A stretch of 64,000 nt of DNA, from NCBI GenBank assembly GCA_013239625.1, contig MU053934.1, forward strand, positions 8,577,352 through 8,641,351, in the 5' to 3' direction. The notes below the pieces were generated by a model that saw only the letters and a program-made list of their open reading frames with translations, searched no databases and was not told where the DNA came from. This DNA is from Lama guanicoe. Lineage: Eukaryota. Both the position numbers and the translations under genes were made by a program. Positions within the stretch are counted from its first letter, which is position 1; each line of letters opens with the position of its first letter. Below are positions 11,936-23,620 of this stretch, piece after piece.

Positions 11936-12867
11936 GCCAGTAGAAGATAAAACCAACAATCTAAGAAAACTTGAGCAACATAATCAAATTAGTCTAACTG
12001 ACATTTAAAGGACACGCTTCCTAAGAACAGCAAAACATATTCTGCTCAGTTAAAAAGTGACAGAGCAGAATTCCAGCCAGGTGTGTCTGACTTCAGAGCC
12101 CTTTTTCCACAATCCAGCACAGTCGCTCAAATATGATGTCTTTGGGGTAAGAAATTCCAGGAAATAAGGAAAGAGAAAAACAAACATGTTTAGTGGGAGC
12201 CCAGAGGTCCGTAGGATGCGTCATGTTGAGTGGCTCTGGATTCAGATCCTGACAGATGGGGGCGAGGGGGGTGGATGTGAGGGGGGGGGGCTGGGAAGGC
12301 CATTCTTTTATATTTGTACACGTATTTTAAAATTGCCTTATGTGAATCTCTGTATCGAATTAGCACAACGAAAGACTAAGTGTTAACAGCCTGTCGGAGG
12401 CAACATACTAGGTTTTCATGAAACAGGTTTTTTCATTAATCAGCATCCGATTCAGGCCTCCTGGTTCTGCTTTCATGGCCAAATCTTCTTCTGCCTCTAG
12501 GCTTCCCTTTGTATGCTTCCTTCTGCCTGTAATGCACTTCCCTCTTTTGTCCTCTGCAGGCTCCTACTCATCCCTCAAAAACCCAGTTCAGAAGTTTCCC
12601 CGTGTAGAGCCCTCCCCAATCCAAGGTCTCCCCGGTAACACGTCACCCCTCTGGTGGAGCCCGCAGACAATGCATTATCATTTTTGTTGTTTCTCTCTCT
12701 CTTTTGGCCGCTGGACCACCAGCTTCCTTGGGGCCCAGGCAGCATCTCTCTTTCTCCCTGTGTGTCATCACGGTCCTGTGTTTTCACAGGGGTGTGGAAA
12801 GGTCTAGAGCCCTGTGCTGTCATCCCGTCATGCCCAGGGAAAAACTTGCTTTCTTTTCTCTCCTCAG

Positions 12868-12941
12868 CCTCAAGGATAAAAATCAAGGTGAACTCATCCC
12901 CCCTGTGCTGAGGTTCACGGTGACGTACCTGAGAGAGAAAG
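12868..12941 (+). CDS. ARHGAP8: ARHGAP8 coding exon, start of RhoGAP domain ([25 protein letters not shown])
   Basis: cctcAG acceptor and GTgagc donor; 74 nt. Matches the recalled human peptide. Confidence 0.95.
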
Positions 12942-13103
12942 GTGAGCACTGGCTCCAGCCAGGGGAGGTGAGGGCTGCCAGGTACACCTCCCCTGGGGGC
13001 CTCTTCAGGGTCCTGAGTGCCCCACAGGCCAGGGAATTGGAGGAGCTGGAACCTAGGAGGGAGGGTGACCAGGATGGGCAGGGCTCATGCACAGTGTCTC
13101 CAT

Positions 13104-13312
13104 CTATGGGCTCTGACCCAGACTGTCTGGGTTTGAATCTTGGCTCTGCTGTGCACTAGCTCTGTGGCCTCAGGCCAGTTACTCACCTTCTCTGGCCTTT
13201 GTTTCCTCCTCTGTCCAGTAGGATTAATAACAGTACCTGGTTCACAGGGTTGTTATGGGGACTAAGTGAGGTGATGACTGGGAAGTGCTTTGCACAGCAC
13301 TGGTTCACAGGA
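13104..13312 (+). mobile_element. MIR SINE
   Basis: ccagactgtctgggtttgaatc..ttactcacctt..gtttcctc..acagggttgtt. Confidence 0.8.
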
Positions 13313-14160
13313 TGCCCCCCATAAAAGGGACTCCTTTGCTACAAGAGATAAACTTGGTTTGCAGATGCCACTGCCAGTGAGGCGGGTACACTCAGTGGCT
13401 TGGAGAGGGTGAGCCTTGTGGCTCCTCCAAGACTCCCGAGGCCAGAGCTCAGATCCACAGGGAAGGTGTACGGAAGCCACTTTTACCCTAATGGGAGGCA
13501 GATTGTTCTCTCGGAGGAGCAGGATGCCAGGGAGGGGTGGCCGGCCACCTGCGGATGTCGGTGCAGGAGCTGCAAGGGGGCTGTGCTCAGACAGGAAGTG
13601 GGGATCACCTCCGCTGGGGTCCCTGCTGGTGGTTCCCGGCCTGCCCTGGGAACTGCGAGTTCAAATGTGAAGAGTTGTGTGGAACACCGCTCGGGCTGGC
13701 GGAGCTGTGGTTGTCACGGGAGTCTCTGCTTTGATATTTGCTTCTGCTTTGTCGTTTGTAGTACTTCCCGTTCCGTAATGTGTTTCAGGGATAGACGAAA
13801 AGATAGTGAGTAAACAGTTTCACAGAAACTGAACGGGAGTCTTCCTTTTTTTTATCATATTAATACCTTTCTTTATTAAAAAAATTTTAACAAAGAAACA
13901 GCCCATAGTAGGAACTCCGTGTACATTTGCTGAATGAACATGTGAATTAAACATTTACTCACTGGGCAGCCACCCTGGTCCAGGCCCTGAGGTTTCCATG
14001 GTGACTGCGGCTCACAGCCTCTGCCTTCCAGGGACTCACAGCCCGTCATGTTTGTGTCTGTAAAGCTGTAACTGTCACAACCACAGACTTAGGCAGACAG
14101 GGATGAGCCGTTCATAGTGATCAGGGGAACCAGGGTGCTAACACCTGGGTGGGAGGTCAC

Positions 14161-14737
14161 TGTATCGATTTCGGTGCTGCGTAACAAGCGGCCACAAACT
14201 TAGGGGTTAAAACAACATGAATTTGTTACGTTCTGGAAGTCAGAAGTCTGGGCACACAGGAGTCGGGTTTTCTGCTCAGGGTCTCACAGGGCTAAACTCA
14301 AGGTGTCAGCCAGGCTGTGTTCTTCTCTGGAGGCTCTAGGCAATACTCCACTTCCACGCTCATTCAAACTGGCGACCAAATTCAGTTCTTTGCAGCTACG
14401 ATGCCTGCTTCCTGGCTGGCTGTCCACCAGCGGCCTCTGTCTGTTCCTAGGGGCCACCTGCTTTCCTTGCTATTGGGCCCCTAGCTGAAGAAATTCCCAC
14501 ACCTCGAATCCCTGCCCGCATGCTTTGAATCTCTGTTGCCAGGAGAACTTGGTCCCTTTTAAGAAGCTCACCTGATTAGGTCAGACCCACCCTAGATAAT
14601 CTCCACATTCTTGGCCATGGATGTGAATTCCATCTGCAAAGTCCCTTCACTGCAGCATCTAGATTCATGTTTGATTGAATACTTGAGACCCCAGGGTCCA
14701 AGGATCTGGGGGCTATCTCTGAATTCTGCCTGCTACA
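14161..14737 (-). mobile_element. MaLR (MLT1-type) LTR
   Basis: tgctgcgtaacaa..ccacaaactta..ttaaaacaac..ttctggaagtcagaagtc; ends ttctgcctgctaca. Confidence 0.8.
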
Positions 14738-15064
14738 GTCACTTAGCAAAAAACAGAGGGACCAGCCCTCCAGGCAGAGGCAACAACACATACACAGGTA
14801 GGAGGGAGCACGGAGCCACCTGGAGGCTGGATGGAGTGGGTAAGGGGAGCTGTGGGACAGGAGAGTGGGGCAGCAGCAGCCAGACCACGTGGGTGCTAAG
14901 GGTTTATGGGCAGCTCTCCCGAGCTGATGAACGCAGGAGGGGCTCCATCCAGGGGCTGATGAGATTTGGATAGACATGTTCCATTCAGCTTCAGGATGGA
15001 AAAGAGATGAGGAAGGAGGGGAGGGGAGAGCAGTGGGTCCAAGGCCCACCACAGTCCCATAGAA

Positions 15065-15260
15065 CTTGGAAATGTCCTATATCTGCACTGTCCAAGGTGG
15101 TAGCCACTGGGCACTTGTGGCAGTCACCAAGTAGAGCATTTTAATATGTGGCTCGTGCTTTGAGTGTGGGTAACTTGAGTTTTCCTTTTATTTAATTTTA
15201 ATTAATTAAACTGAAATTTAAATCACCATGTGTAGCTGGTGGCCCCCGTGTTGGACAGAT
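15065..15260. mobile_element. MER3-like hAT-Charlie DNA transposon
   Basis: gcactgtccaa..gtagccact..atgtggct..tttaattttaattaatt..gttggacag. Confidence 0.7.
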
Positions 15261-15709
15261 TAGCTCCAGGCACTCACGGGAAGAAAGGGAAGCAGCATGT
15301 TTGGGGGCTTCCTGGGGGCCGGGCATGTGTCAGGGGTTATCCTTCCTACAGCCCTCAGAGGCAGAGGCTCCATGGACTTACTCTGCAGACAAGGCCGCGG
15401 ACGCTCAGAGAGGCTAAGCGCTTTCCCTAAGCCCACACAGCTGGCGTGAGGCAGAGTTGGAAGGACCTGGGTTCTGTCTGTCTGAAGTGTCAGTCTCTTC
15501 CCCTCTCCCTTTCTGGGGCCCACAGAGGTGGGGAATCACATGGGATTGAGGAGTGTGGACAAGTTTGATTGAAAAGCAGTAAATACAGGGACGGGTGGAG
15601 GATAGTGTGGGGAAGAGCCTTTCCTGCTAGCCACAGAGGGAGTCACGAAGTGTTCTAGAAACCTCATGTGCTAGGACCTGTGAGATGCCCCGAGGCTCTC
15701 TCTCTGCAG

Positions 15710-15787
15710 GACTCCGCACCGAGGGCCTGTTCCGGAAATCGGCCAGTGTGCAGACTATCCGCGAAATCCAGCGGCTCTACAACCAAG
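15710..15787 (+). CDS. ARHGAP8: ARHGAP8 coding exon with RhoGAP arginine finger ([26 protein letters not shown])
   Basis: ctgcAG acceptor and GTgagg donor; 78 nt. Contains the EGLFR arginine-finger motif. Confidence 0.95.
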
Positions 15788-16504
15788 GTGAGGGGGCTCC
15801 CCGGGGACGCTGGGCCTCCCGCCCGGCCAGCCCCCAGCCCCTAGAATCGTCCAGGGCGGAGGGAGATGCCCAGGTGAGTCCTGTGCCCGGAGGGGCAGGT
15901 GGCCGCACGGTTTCACTTAACTTCCCCGGGTCCTCCTCTCAAGCCGGGCGGACAGTGGTTTGAAGTGTAGGGAACGGTCCTGTGGCACCTGCTCGGGCAG
16001 CTGCCCTGCCGGACTGGCTCAGCTCCCTCAGCTGCCCGCGGATAAACCTGCTGGCCAGGAGCCGTGGTGTCACAGCTGGCCCGCCACCAGTGACGTTAAT
16101 AAAGCAGCTGGCTGCGGACAGGAGGCCTCCCCTCTTCTCCCGAGCACCCTTGTCTTTCCCACAGCCATGCATTCACTCATCAAGCGACAGGGTCAGCCTG
16201 TCTCAGCCCCGTGTGCCAGGCACCGGGGACAGTGGAGCCTGGTCTGACCTCAGAGCACCCTCATCCCAGGCAGGACCGAGTCACCTAGCTGAGAATCTGT
16301 AGCATGCCCAGCCTCCAGTGGGTGCCCTGGAGAGGCAGGGGAGGGTGGGGCGGCACCGCATTTCCAGGTGCTGTGTCCCAGACACGTGGTCCAGCATAAG
16401 TCCCTTCCCCTTTGGAGGTTTAAAGCCATTTTGTGTCAGCCTGTCTGAAAGCGGGAATCCCCAGCCCAGAGTCAGATCTCAGACGTGCGATGCCCTGTGT
16501 CCAG

Positions 16505-16633
16505 GGAAGCCCGTGAACTTTGATGACTACGGGGACATCCACATCCCTGCCGTGATCCTGAAGACCTTCCTGCGGGAGCTGCCCCAGCCGCTGCTGACTT
16601 TCGAGGCCTATGAGCAGATTCTGGGGATCACCA
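16505..16633 (+). CDS. ARHGAP8: ARHGAP8 coding exon ([43 protein letters not shown])
   Basis: gtccAG acceptor and GTacgt donor; 129 nt. Contains the [13 protein letters not shown]hoGAP signature. Confidence 0.95.
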
Positions 16634-16946
16634 GTACGTACCTGCTGCAGGTGCCGGCCTGGGGTGGGGCTGCCCGGCCTCCTCCTGTTTCCATCTGGCA
16701 CTGTGGGCCAGGGGAGGGGCCCACCCCCACCTGGACCCCTGCTGGCCTCAGCCAGGCCGCCGCTGTCCATGGTGGGGGTACATGGGGTAAGGGGTCGTCA
16801 TCAGGGTGGCAGAGGGCATCCTAGACGGGGCACGTCACCCAGATCAGAGTGCTGCCTCCACCGCCTCGCGGTGCTGCTCCAGAGGAACCCCCACCTCCAG
16901 CACCTCCTCATCGTCGTCTGGAAAGGGGGTAACCACCCCCGCCTGC

Positions 16947-17427
16947 TGTTAAAGACAAAGCTATTTGGGACCCTTGTTAAAGTACAGCGGGACAGCCTCT
17001 ATTCAGTGGGGGCAGGGGACATTGTGAGAGGTGCAGGACCCCGGCAGTGGGCTGTGTCAGTGGGGAGATAGATACGGCTCAAGTCTGGATCCAACAAGCA
17101 AAAGTGGGGACTTACAGCCAAGGAGCAGGTTGGGGAGTGGTCACTGGGTGGAAACATCAGGGGTTGGGGGGGTTCTGGCTAGCCTGACCCAACAGGATTC
17201 TTGCCGCAGGCAGGCCTGGTGGTCCAGCATCACCTGGGGTTGTGGGGCCAGGGATGAGGAACCCAGTCAGATATCAGGGGTGATCAGGGTTCTCGTTAAA
17301 CTGGCTTAGCAGGGTCTTTGGTAAAGTTGGACAACACAGAGACAGACATAGAAGCCCAGAAGTCAGGGCCTTGTTAAAAAAGAACTCAGAGGTGCCTGAC
17401 TGGACCTTGAGGAGAGAATCTTTGTCA
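16947..17427 (-). mobile_element. MER31-like ERV1 solo LTR
   Basis: Minus strand begins tgacaaagattctc..agtcaggc.cctctgag, as in recalled MER31; TG...CA termini. Confidence 0.65.
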
Positions 17428-17622
17428 CCACGTGTCTCCCTAGGTGGGGGGAGAACGCCAGGGAGACCTGGCCGGAGCTGCAACCACAGTTCATGGTGAA
17501 GTGGGTGCTCTGGGGTGGACCGCGTGCACTGCTCACGTTTCAGAGATAACTGGGGCGTACCAGGAGACAACAGAACCAAATACGGTCACTTTCGAATGGG
17601 GCGGGACTCCCTCCAGCCCCAG

Positions 17623-18296
17623 TGTGACCAAAATTGGGTTCACCTCTCGGTGGGTGTCAGGCCAAGACAGACACCAAGCCAAAGGGCAAGAGAAGGACAG
17701 ATTTTACTATTGCAGCAAGTCAGGACAACCAGGGGTCTTCCCAAAGCTGTGTCTCCTCAAGCAGCAAAACGGGACTGTTTAAGCTAAGGGTACGTGCATA
17801 TTCATGCAGGAGCTAGGGTGGTATATGCATATTCATGAGGGGCTTGAGCAGAGGAGAATGCCGCCTAGAACCGGGGCAGAGGTTGCCAGAGCCCACGCTC
17901 CAGCCCCACCAGCTGGAGGTCCGCAAAGGTCAGCGCCGTCGTCCCTTAGGTTCTGGTTGACCTGGTGGTTGGGCGCTCGCGGGGGCTTGGATCCTGCCAA
18001 ACAGCTCAAGGGTGTGCTCCAGGCTCACCTTTACCTTTGAAACAGACCTGGGGGGGGCTTGACAACTGATTTATTGCCTCTGATATGGTGAGGTTACCTC
18101 CCTGACCTGGTCAGAGCTGCTCTTATGTTCTTTGTTCCTTTAAAATCATTAACTGCCGAGGCCTGCTCTTCTGCAGGTGCAGGCCCTGTGGTCAGGCCTG
18201 GATCACAGACGGCTTAGGCCAAAAATGGCTTCTCTTATGTCAAGCAAGCCAGGCCTGGTTCTCTTCCTCCGGGGCCCCCTACCCCATCTGCCTACA
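17623..18296 (-). mobile_element. Class I (ERV1-like) solo LTR, 674 bp
   Basis: TG...CA termini flanked by a perfect 4-bp TSD ccag (17619-17622 and 18297-18300). Confidence 0.75.
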
Positions 18297-20368
18297 CCAG
18301 GCTTCTTGGAGCCCTGCAGTCCCGGACGGAAACTTGGGTTTTATATTAATTCCAGAACAGCTATTTTAGGATATTTTAAAGATAAATCTTGAACTGTTTG
18401 CTCCTGATCAGTCTTCTCTGCTTTGCAGTGAAGAATCAGTTTTACCCAAAAGAGGTCTGGCCTCTGAGCTGGCTCCCGGGAGGGAACCTCTAATCCTTGG
18501 AATCTCCCAAGTGACAGAAGTTCTTGTTCATGGGGGCCTGATGGTTTATGCTAATGAGGTGACTCAGGATGGGGCTGGCCAATCTGGAAAGACCAACCAG
18601 GTGCTGTTAGAGGTGGGGTGTTGAGCCTGACCTCTGGGGAGGACAGGGGATGGGGGGAGCTGGACACTGATCTTAACCACATGGCCGTCCTTCAGGGATA
18701 TGCGACCCCAACTCCCCTCACCCCACACCCCATGGAAATTTGCACCCATTTAGTTGGCTGGCGCACCCAAGCACCTCCCAAGCTCCAGGCCCTGCCTGAA
18801 GGGGGAGGTGGGGATGGGTGACATCGAAGCTGACTGACTTGGGCCTGGGGGGCTGGAGTCAGGCTGGGCCTCAGGGAAACATGTGACCGTGTGCACAGAG
18901 GTGATTGGCTGGAGGAGACAGACAGGGAGGCTGCCCATCCGGCGTCCATCCACGAGCCGGGCCCCATGCAGTGATGGCAGGGCAAGGGAGATGGCGGTGC
19001 CCTAGAGAGACTCTTCCACACCTCGCTAACCCCTGCAGGGGTCTCCGACCACCCGTGTCCCTGTGAGTGGAGGTGAGCTGCAGTCCAGTCCTCTGAGGGC
19101 CCTGCCTCAATGACAGAGCCACGCTCGGAGAGCCCCTGGGGTCAGCAGGACACACGGTCGTGAAGCCAAGTTGGATTTTCCCTTGTCTCCTCCGCTGCCG
19201 TGGCCCTCAGTGTCATGGCCATCAGGGAGGTTGCTCACTGTCTTAACCTTCAGGAGACAGGAGATCTGATTAACATCATTAGGAAAAAACCCACTTAGAA
19301 ACCTCATACCCAGCGTGGGCCATTATGCTGCCGGCACGGACTGTGTGACTCGTGTGACAAGGCCTCTCCTTGGCCGCACTCGAGTGAGGCTCGTCTGGGC
19401 CTCCTCGAGTAGACCTCTGCCTTGGCCTGTGAAATCTGCAGACCCGGCACGGATGAGTTTACCACCCCACGCCCTGCCCGCCCCCTCACCACCACACACA
19501 GACTGGAATAAGTACTAGCATTGTTTCCAACAGCTCAAGGCTGCACCCCTAGGACGGTGACTCCAGACTCAGTCAGTTCCTGCCTGAGAGACAGAACCTG
19601 GTGATAGAGATGCCCACCCCGTCTCAGAGCAGTGACTTTAGACAGTGTGCAGTTGTAAGGCCCTCCTCTGCCCGCTTGGAGATGTAGATCTTCTCTTCCC
19701 AGGACTGCCTTCTCAGGGGCCCTAGAGCCATCCCTTTGAAAGGCAAACATTCAGGAAGACCCGTGCCTCCCGCAGGGGGAGGTGGGGAGGGCGTTGCTCA
19801 CCTGCCTCCTGTCCTGAGGCCTAAGTGTGTTTCTCTGATTAATAAACCCAGACAGCCTCGTCACATTAACCCCCTCTTCCTGCTTTTGCAAACGTCCCCT
19901 TCCCTGACTGCTCGAGCCCCCGCTGCCCCCCACCCAGCTCCCTCACCCCCTAACAATGTTCAGCCACCTCTGCACAAGTGGTAGGGTTCCATTCATGCCA
20001 GATTCTTCCGTTAGGGTAGTTATTACTGAATGCAGTCTATCCTGATCTCCGTAACTAGGGTCCAGATAAACCATCCAGTTTATCTTCGACGCCGGCACCT
20101 ACTTGCCAGGCCTCGAGCCAGGCAGCGGTGATCTTAGCGGAGGAAACCTGCAGGCCCTGCCCAGAAGGCGTGCCGGGCTAGCTGTGGGCCAGGTGCAGAG
20201 TTGAACCGAGTTGACAGAGTTAAATGGTTGAAGTGTTTCTCGACCTGGACAACAGGTATTTTCCAGAAGGAACACGGGAGAAGGCTGCCGGGCGGGAGGA
20301 GGAGCGGTGGCAAAGGCGTGGCAGGGTGACTGAGCTGGGAGCTTGTGGCCATGAGGCTGGCTGGGCGA

Positions 20369-20565
20369 CAGAGGTTCTCAAACTCTCCTGGGCATCGGCC
20401 TCCCTCCCCCACCGACCCCCGGGGGCAGGTTGAAACATTGACCCCTGGGCCCCACCCTGGAGTTTCTGACTCCATAGGGCTGGACTTCAGCCTGTGAACC
20501 TGCATTTCTAACTGGTTCCTGGGCGATGCTGATGGGCAGGGCTCTGTCCCGTGGAACACAGTGGA
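20369..20565. mobile_element. MER5A-like DNA transposon
   Basis: cagaggttctcaaact..ctgggccccaccc..agtttctga..tgcatttctaac..gatgctgatg. Confidence 0.75.
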
Positions 20566-21147
20566 CGCCCAATTCCTGGGAAAGGCCAGGCTGTGAAAAG
20601 CCAAGCCTCTGAGGGATAAAGCTCAATATGTGGTCTTTTTGCTCCAGGAAGCAGGGGCAGGGGAGGGGCAGACACTGAGAACGTGTGAAGATTACAGCAT
20701 GATGGTAATCACACGAGCACACAGTAAGAGAAAAAAAATCGAACAGTGCGAAAGGGTCCGTGATGAAGCTGGGGTCCCCTGCCAGCACCCTCGGTCCCAT
20801 GCGTGCATCGACCCAGCAGTGGGTCTGTGCCTGTTTTCCTCTCTTTCCAGGAGTGTTCCTCGTGCACACGCTGTTTTGAACCCTGCTTTTTTTTAAAATA
20901 TGAGACATCTTTTAGTTCTTTCCTCGTCCTGCGCATCTTGACTCATTCTTTTTAACAGCTGCCTAGCATCCCATCAACTTTATGATGTTACAGGTAGCAA
21001 ACATCTAGGACTACTTCCAGTTTTGTTTTGCTCCCTAATTTTAAGTCTCAGTTCTGGTTATTGAGAACCCCCATGCCCATGTGACCGAAGACCAAGGCTT
21101 CCGGCTGTCGTCTGACAACGCAGCCTGGCTGAATTGTGACGCAGGTG

Positions 21148-21338
21148 TAGGGTTGCCAGATTGAACAATAAAAATATAGGATGCCCAGTTAAATGTGAAT
21201 TTCAGATATGCAGTGAATACTTTTTTAATATAAGGATATTCTAAATACTGCACAGAGTGTACCTGTACTAAAAAATATTCGCTGTTTATCTCAAATTCAC
21301 ATTTAACTAAGTGTCCCCTGTTTTACCTGGCCACCCTA
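21148..21338. mobile_element. MER53 palindromic hAT MITE
   Basis: TIRs tagggttgccag / ctggccacccta with an internal palindrome. 8-bp TSD cgcaggtg / ctcaggtg. Confidence 0.85.
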
Positions 21339-21489
21339 CTCAGGTGGGCTGCATGTCTTCCTGAAGGGATGCAAAAGCCCGCCCTTGCAGGGAACACTCT
21401 GGAGGAAATGGGCTTTCCAGGTGGCCTGTGTTGTACAGGGAGAAAGGAAACTGCTACAGGGACAATCACCCAGTATATAGCAGGGAGGT

Positions 21490-21690
21490 TGAGAGCCCTG
21501 ACTCAGAGCTGAACAGATCTGGACTCCAGTCTGGGCTTCACCACACATTAGCTGTGTGACCTTGGGCAAGTCACTTAACCTCTCTGAGCTCAGTTTCCTC
21601 ATCTGTATCAAACTGGGACTGCTTTAGGATTAAGTGTGCATAAAATTCTTGACATGGTTCCTGCTCTGTACATACATGAGATACATGCTC
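21490..21690 (+). mobile_element. MIR SINE
   Basis: tagctgtgtgaccttgggcaagtcacttaacctctctgagctcagtttcctcatctgta is a near-consensus core. Confidence 0.85.
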
Positions 21691-22332
21691 CTTACACAGT
21701 AGCTTTATGACAGCAAGTGGGTCCTTCCTGCTCACCAGGGAGTGCTCTTTCTCCAAGGAACCATAGTAAAAGCCGGGGGTGGGGGAGGACCTGGCACCAG
21801 TGTCTGGTCTGGGGCCACAGTTCTTAGAAAGAAGATGTGGAGGCTGGAGAGCAGAGACCCAGGGCAGCCAGATGGCCGCCTCCAAGCCTGCTGGTTCCTC
21901 GGAAATATTAATTCCAAGGAAACTCTTGGTCCGCTCAAATGACCCAGCAACAGCTTGAGTTCCGGAAAGAATGACTTTTATTAAAAAGCCAACAAGGATG
22001 TTCACAGTAGGGAATTCTGTGTCTTTCTGCAGTGGCTGTGTGTGTCAAGCACAGAGTGTTCACCGTAACCCTGCCCAGGGCTTTGTGGGAGGAGGTTAGC
22101 GCTCAGAGGACTGCGGTGTGAGTGTGCATGTGGGTGTGTGTGCAGGTGTGTCTGCTGCAGGGGCCTGGTGCGCACTTGATGATGGCGAGTTTTGACTTGA
22201 AGGCTATGGAGGTCAGTGGAGGATGTAGTTATGGGGGGGTCTGGGGCTGCTCACTCTGGTCAGCTCCACCCAGGCCCCTGGTGGGCACAGGCACCTGAGC
22301 TGTGAATCTTAAGCAGGTTAAGTTGGTGTAGA

Positions 22333-22500
22333 GCCGGGTCAGCACACTCTTTCTGTAAAGGGTGAGAGAGTCATTATTTTATGTGCCGGACGCAACTGGA
22401 ATGCAGAAGCAGCCACGGACAAAGGGGCGCGGGTCTGCGCCAGTAAAGCTTTATTGACAGAAGCAGGCCATTGGCCCTCGGCTTGTAGTTTGCCGCTGCT
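22333..22500. mobile_element. MER58A-like DNA transposon
   Basis: ttctgtaaaggg..aagcagcca..ccagtaaagctttatt..gtagtttgcc. Confidence 0.7.
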
Positions 22501-22717
22501 GGCCTGGACCATTCCATGTATGAAGTGGTTCGGCTCCCTGGCCCTCTGGGAGGGAGTAGCTACGGTGCCTGTGGAGAAGGGAGGGAAGAGCGAAGAAGAG
22601 GGGTTTGCTGAGAAGAGCCGCCCAGCTGGGAAGAAGGCGGGGCCCCGAGCTGCCCTCCTCCCAGTCCCCACAGCCGTCCCTGGGAGGGACACAGGAAGGA
22701 CCCTCGTGCTGTTGCAG

Positions 22718-22821
22718 GTGTGGAGAGCAGCCTGCGGGTGACCTGCTGCCGCCAGATCTTGCAGAGGCTTCCAGAACACAACTACGCCGTCCTCCGCTAC
22801 CTCATGGGCTTCCTGCACGAG
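22718..22821 (+). CDS. ARHGAP8: ARHGAP8 coding exon ([35 protein letters not shown])
   Basis: ttgcAG acceptor and GTgagt donor; 104 nt. Contains the LPEHNY..LRYL..FL RhoGAP motif. Confidence 0.95.
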
Positions 22822-23174
22822 GTGAGTGGGCCGGGCAGGGCCGCGGAGGGGAGGCGCTCCGCTTGGAGCCCCAACAGACCAGGGTCCGGGTTCACATCCT
22901 CCTCGGGCTTGGAACCCCACTCAGGCCTCAGAGGACTCCATCCAAGGTCTGGCCAGGCAACAGCTTTGCTGAGAAACCCACCTGGCTGCTGGGCAGGGTC
23001 ACCTGTGCCCGCCCCCACCCCCCTTGGACCCCTGGTTGGTGCTGAGACCTTCCCTGTCGGGTCCCTCTGCTCCGCGCCCACCCGGACTGAGTGTCAGGAG
23101 CGGGGACATGTGCCCAGGCCAGGGATGGTGAGGAGTCTCGTGGCCGTGTGTGGACCCAGTAGGACATTCCTGTG

Positions 23175-23620
23175 AAGTTTCATGAGTTTCCTGGGGCTGC
23201 TGTAGCAAAGTACCGCACGCTGGGTGGCTTAAAGCAATAGAAATGTGAGCTCTCACCATCCTGGAGGCCAGAGGTCCTAAAATCAAGGACCGAGGTCTGC
23301 AGCCCCATGCTCCCTCCGGAGGCTCCAGGGGAGGGTCCTCCCTGCCTCCTCCAGCTCCTGGCGGCTCCGGGCGCCCCAGGCTTGTGGCTGCATCCCCCAG
23401 GCCCGTCTTACCTAGCCTCCCCTCCTCCGTGTGTCTCTGTGTCTCCAGTCTCTCTCTCCTTTATCTGATAAAGTTACTTGTCATTGGATTAGGGCCCACC
23501 TGGGTCATCCAGGGTGCTCTCACCTTGAGATCCTTAACGTCTGCAAAGACCCTTTCTCCAGTACGGCCACCTTCGCAGGTTCTGGGTGGGCGTCTCTCTT
23601 GTGGGGCTGCCATTCACCCC
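23175..23620 (-). mobile_element. MaLR (MLT1C/D-like) LTR
   Basis: agtttcctggggctgctgtagcaaagtacc..ctgggtggcttaaa..ctggaggccagaggtc..ggattagggcccacc..ctgcaaagacc. Confidence 0.8.
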
